This document shows, one piece after another, positions 8,325 through 10,970 of a stretch of DNA of 10,970 bases (the stretch's first letter is position 1; every line of letters starts with the position of its first letter). Source of the stretch: an uncultured bacterium (GTDB lineage Bacteria > Babelota > Babeliae > Babelales > RVW-14); NCBI GenBank assembly GCA_963759805.1, contig CAVXAT010000017.1:1-10970 (forward strand). Direction: 5' to 3'. Below the pieces are notes generated by a model, which was given only the letters and a program-made list of their open reading frames with translations, made no database searches and was not told the origin of the DNA. The position numbers and the translations under genes are program-made.

Positions 8325-9038
8325 TTATTTTGCTCCGAATATATCAGGGTATGCGTGTTTAAACCTTAGATACAGGATTGATAAAAAAGATAGTTGCATA
8401 AAGCGCAAAACTGTCAAAACCAAATTGGATGTAATCGTTAACGCGATTTCTGATGTAGTTACGTGTCTTACCTCTCCCGGATCAAACAACATTCCCGAGC
8501 TATGTATAAAAAGTATAAAAACAATGCCGGTTGATAGCGTCCATAGCGCCAAATCTATAATTAATGCGGTTGCAGGAAAGTAGAAAAAAAAGATAAATCC
8601 ATTTTTAATTGAATGCATTAGCCCACTAAAATTAACACGTGAATCCAGATAAAACAAAGTGCAAACAATCAAAACCGTACCAATAACAATAAAACTGTAT
8701 GGCAACAACAGCAACAGTGCCAATGGAATAGCTTTGAAATACTGCCAGAAATAGTACATATCCTTACGCTCTGTTGAAGCTCTACTGCAAAGAATGTATG
8801 CAAAGAACACTACGCAATGGGTCAAGTGTATACGTATGGCATTGCAGGTAGTTACATGTGTGCTTGAGATAAAAAGATTTGAGATTTCAACCAATCCCAA
8901 CCACCAAAAGTATTTTAAAAACAGTTTAATCGAATGAACAAAATTGTTCAGCGATGCAAGCACCACTAACTTAAACTGCCCCCAGGCAAAAATGCCAAGG
9001 GATTCTTTCCAATATTTTAAAAATTTCTGGGAATCCAT
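8325..9038 (-). CDS. Multi-pass membrane protein of unknown function (paralog of 7477-8322)
   Basis: Hydrophobic ORF. Start moved to ATG 9038 (MDSQKFLKYWKESL) because of a GGAG RBS just upstream and N-terminal alignment with the neighbour (MIEQVLLHWKTSL). Confidence 0.8.
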   Translation of the reverse strand: MDSQKFLKYWKESLGIFAWGQFKLVVLASLNNFVHSIKLFLKYFWWLGLVEISNLFISSTHVTTCNAIRIHLTHCVVFFAYILCSRASTERKDMYYFWQYFKAIPLALLLLLPYSFIVIGTVLIVCTLFYLDSRVNFSGLMHSIKNGFIFFFYFPATALIIDLALWTLSTGIVFILFIHSSGMLFDPGEVRHVTTSEIALTITSNLVLTVLRFMQLSFLSILYLRFKHAYPDIFGAK

Positions 9039-9091
9039 AGCTCTCCAAAGTAAAAAATTTGTCCGGGATAACCAAACCTGACTACCAGAAT

Positions 9092-9119
9092 AGCTTAAAA
9101 CAAATTGCAGAAATCTCAA
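9092..9119 (-). promoter_or_regulatory. Candidate sigma70 promoter for the minus-strand operon
   Basis: TTGAGA (9119-9114), 16-nt spacer, TAAGCT (9097-9092), about 55 nt upstream of ATG 9038. Motif match only. Confidence 0.4.
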
Positions 9120-9207
9120 ACTTTGTTGATAAAAACCACATGAACCACTTTATATACCGAATAACCTGAATTTAATATTAAAGTAATAATACACAGTCTC
9201 AATAACG

Positions 9208-9244
9208 TAGGCCGTAAGTTTTTGTTATAAAAACTTACGGCCTA
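9208..9244. repeat. Perfect 16-bp inverted repeat (hairpin; terminator-like or operator-like)
   Basis: TAGGCCGTAAGTTTTT - GTTAT - AAAAACTTACGGCCTA; an A-rich tract follows on +, which is U-rich 5' of the stem on the minus strand. Confidence 0.85.
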
Positions 9245-9465
9245 ATAAAAAACTCTTTTAATAAAAGTTAATTAGACTTTTAAAAACGGTTTATTCGAAT
9301 TTAGCGTAAATCTAACATGCTTTATAAATTTCAAATAGATTATAATCGCAAGAAAATGGCTTAGCTTGGGCGTTTGATTAATTTTTAAATATATATAATT
9401 ATAAATATAACTATAGCATAGAACAGGTAAAAACAACCGTTCAGTCAAATTAATTGGGGGTTACA

Positions 9466-10248
9466 ATGAATCGTTTTTTTAAAAAATTGCTTACTACTCT
9501 GGCACTACTTTCTTTATGCCAACTCACACTAGAAACAGGGGTTTTAAACGAAATATTTTCAAAAAGTTTGAGCTCCATAATCATTCATCAGCTACAAAAT
9601 ATCAGATACATTTCAAATTAAAAGCTTGCAATAAAAATTCTTTCGATGCAAGAGAGCAAAAACTTTATGCGTATACGAAAAAACTAAGAATAAATTGCAA
9701 ATTAAAATGCCATCTGTTTTTATTTTTCATGCACAAAATTCTGCGCTTGAATACAATGCATTTAACACATACTTGAAAAAAGAACAACCTATCGTCATAA
9801 TGGGAAACGCTTTAACACAAAAATGGATGGCTGGCTGGTTTACAGATCAAGAGATAGAGGCGATTCTTGCACACGAATTATGCCACATAAAATATCATCA
9901 TGCATTAATGCTAGGTTTTTCTAATTTAATTTTAATTAAATCATTATCGCCAAAAAAATTAGCCCTAAAAAAATTAGCCCTATCCGAAAGCTGGAGAAAT
10001 TACGCGGGATATAAAAGCTATAGCAGTCTTGAAAATCCAACTAACTTGATCAGCGCACTTATCAAGTTAGAATGTTTAAACACTAAAAAATCAAAATCTA
10101 AAAAGGCCTTTGAGGCGAACCATCCAATCACGAGAAATGAGACTGTAAAAAAAAGTTTCACTTCCCCGTTAAGCGATCATCCATCAACAGCACACGTATC
10201 GCATATATTAAAAAACAAGCTGCGAGACAAAAACAAGCTGGTAGATAA
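9466..10248 (+). pseudogene. M48 (HtpX/Ste24-like) zinc metallopeptidase, multiply frameshifted (pseudogene or indel-error-ridden sequence)
   Basis: GGGGG RBS, ATG 9466 and signal peptide MNRFFKKLLTTLALLSLC (stop 9619-9621); EQKLYAYTKKL in a second frame; IKMPSVFI..NAF..EIEAILAHELCHIK (HExxH 9872-9886) in a third; RKLEKL and DIKAIAVL in shifted frames; LISALIKL; SDHPST followed by shifted RIAYIKKQ...stop 10246-10248. Confidence 0.75.
9952..9981. repeat. Perfect 15-bp tandem duplication (AAAAAAATTAGCCCT x2)
   Basis: Seen directly; KKLAL-KKLAL in the M48 frame. Confidence 0.85.
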
Positions 10249-10255
10249 AAACAAG
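10211..10255. repeat. Degenerate 18-bp-period repeat (AAAAACAAG core x3) at the 3' end of the M48 gene
   Basis: AAAAACAAGCTGCGAGAC / AAAAACAAGCTGGTAGAT / AAAAACAAG at 10211, 10229, 10247. Confidence 0.7.
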
Positions 10256-10364
10256 ATTGACGAAACGTATTTAAGCAAGTTAATGAATGAGTCAGAGACC
10301 AACACTTCGGAATTTTTGAAACAAGTTCTCGAGTTTAGAGAAGCGCGGGAGAATGCAACAAACT

Positions 10365-10970
10365 TTAGGAGCTTTTGAAGCAAACCCTACACTCAACTTG
10401 ATCCCAATCTGCACATGCCTTGTGCTGTGCAACACTGTCATCAGCTATTTTAATAAACATATCAGCTTGTGCCACATTTTTGCCCGAACTTATCGTTGAA
10501 ACTTTAAGCTCCGCAATCATTTTTTCAATATCACGCCCAGAGAATCCATCAATTTTGTACGCCAATTTTTTAATTAACTCTTGATTAATATCATCGGATA
10601 AAGACATTTTTTGCTCTTTGGTCCGGCCATTTATATTAATCTTAAATGTTCCATTCTTGATGTGTTTATCAAGATAAAGCCCGAGCATTTCCTCGCGCTG
10701 GACAACACCTGGCAGCGGAATCTCTATTTTTTGATCAATTCTGCTCAAAACAGCAGGATCCAGGTCTTCAGGATGATTAGTAGCCAAAATTAACATGTAT
10801 TTTTCTGAGCTGGAATTTGTACGAGAAAGAAAGGCATCAAAACAAAAAGTATAATCAAGCCACGTTTGCCATGTTCAGCCCAATCAAAAATTTCGTGTAA
10901 CTTTTGAATAGCAAGTTGTTCGGAGTACTGCAGCAATAGCAATACGCAACTCAACCAAAGGAACAGGGCA
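10365..10970 (-). pseudogene. AAA+ ATPase (ATAD3-like), 5' end outside the window, disrupted by frameshift/deletion at Walker B
   Basis: Sensor-1/SRH region LILATNHPEDLDPAVLSRIDQKIEIPLPG and lid motif GFSGRDIEK. The same frame extends upstream as FDAFLSRTNSSSEKY; a different frame gives AIQKLHEIFDWAEHGKRGLII. No hhhhDE lies between them. Confidence 0.75.

Noticed and set aside
1053..8583. Other short plus-strand ORFs (1053, 1460, 2081, 4550, 5277, 5848, 6319, 8311)
   Set aside because: All lie antisense to well-supported genes and show no independent motifs.
9039..9119. N-terminal extension of the membrane protein from TTG 9119
   Set aside because: RBS and paralog alignment support ATG 9038, and the TTG coincides with the candidate -35 box.
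9466..10248. Programmed ribosomal frameshifting or an alternative genetic code as the explanation for the split M48 gene
   Set aside because: Too many shifts with no consistent slippery site, and neighbouring genes use TAA, TAG and TGA as normal stops.
10177..10383. 68-aa minus-strand ORF and the 10249-10378 tail of the plus ORF
   Set aside because: No recognisable motifs; best explained as read-through after the frameshift and intergenic sequence between convergent genes.
10365..10970. The AAA+ ATPase as the missing MoxR partner of the bat operon
   Set aside because: Its motifs (ATNHP..LDPAVLSR, GFSGRDI) are classical-clade AAA, not MoxR (ATQNP.E.EGTY.LPEAQLDRF), and a divergent gene separates it from the operon.

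Overview
AT-rich bacterial DNA with three parts. (1) A tightly packed minus-strand operon (about 9038 to 923): two paralogous multi-pass membrane proteins, a PlsC-type acyltransferase, then a full batA-batB-batC-batD-batE set (VWA, VWA, TPR with Q/K/D linker, BatD, TPR+SH3). The usual moxR/DUF58 genes are not in front of batA. (2) Downstream, a GC-rich intergenic palindromic element that appears to carry a second 36-nt hairpin nested in one arm, followed by two glycine-zipper lipoprotein genes; the second is missing from the ORF track because it runs off the window edge. (3) A broken right-hand region: a perfect 16-bp inverted repeat in the divergent intergenic region, an M48-type metallopeptidase whose motifs are spread over all three frames, and a convergent AAA+ ATPase fragment resembling eukaryotic mitochondrial ATAD3 but lacking Walker B. 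The gene style suggests a protist-associated bacterium such as Candidatus Dependentiae (TM6/Babelota), but this is inference only. No rRNA, tRNA, CRISPR array or transposase was seen.
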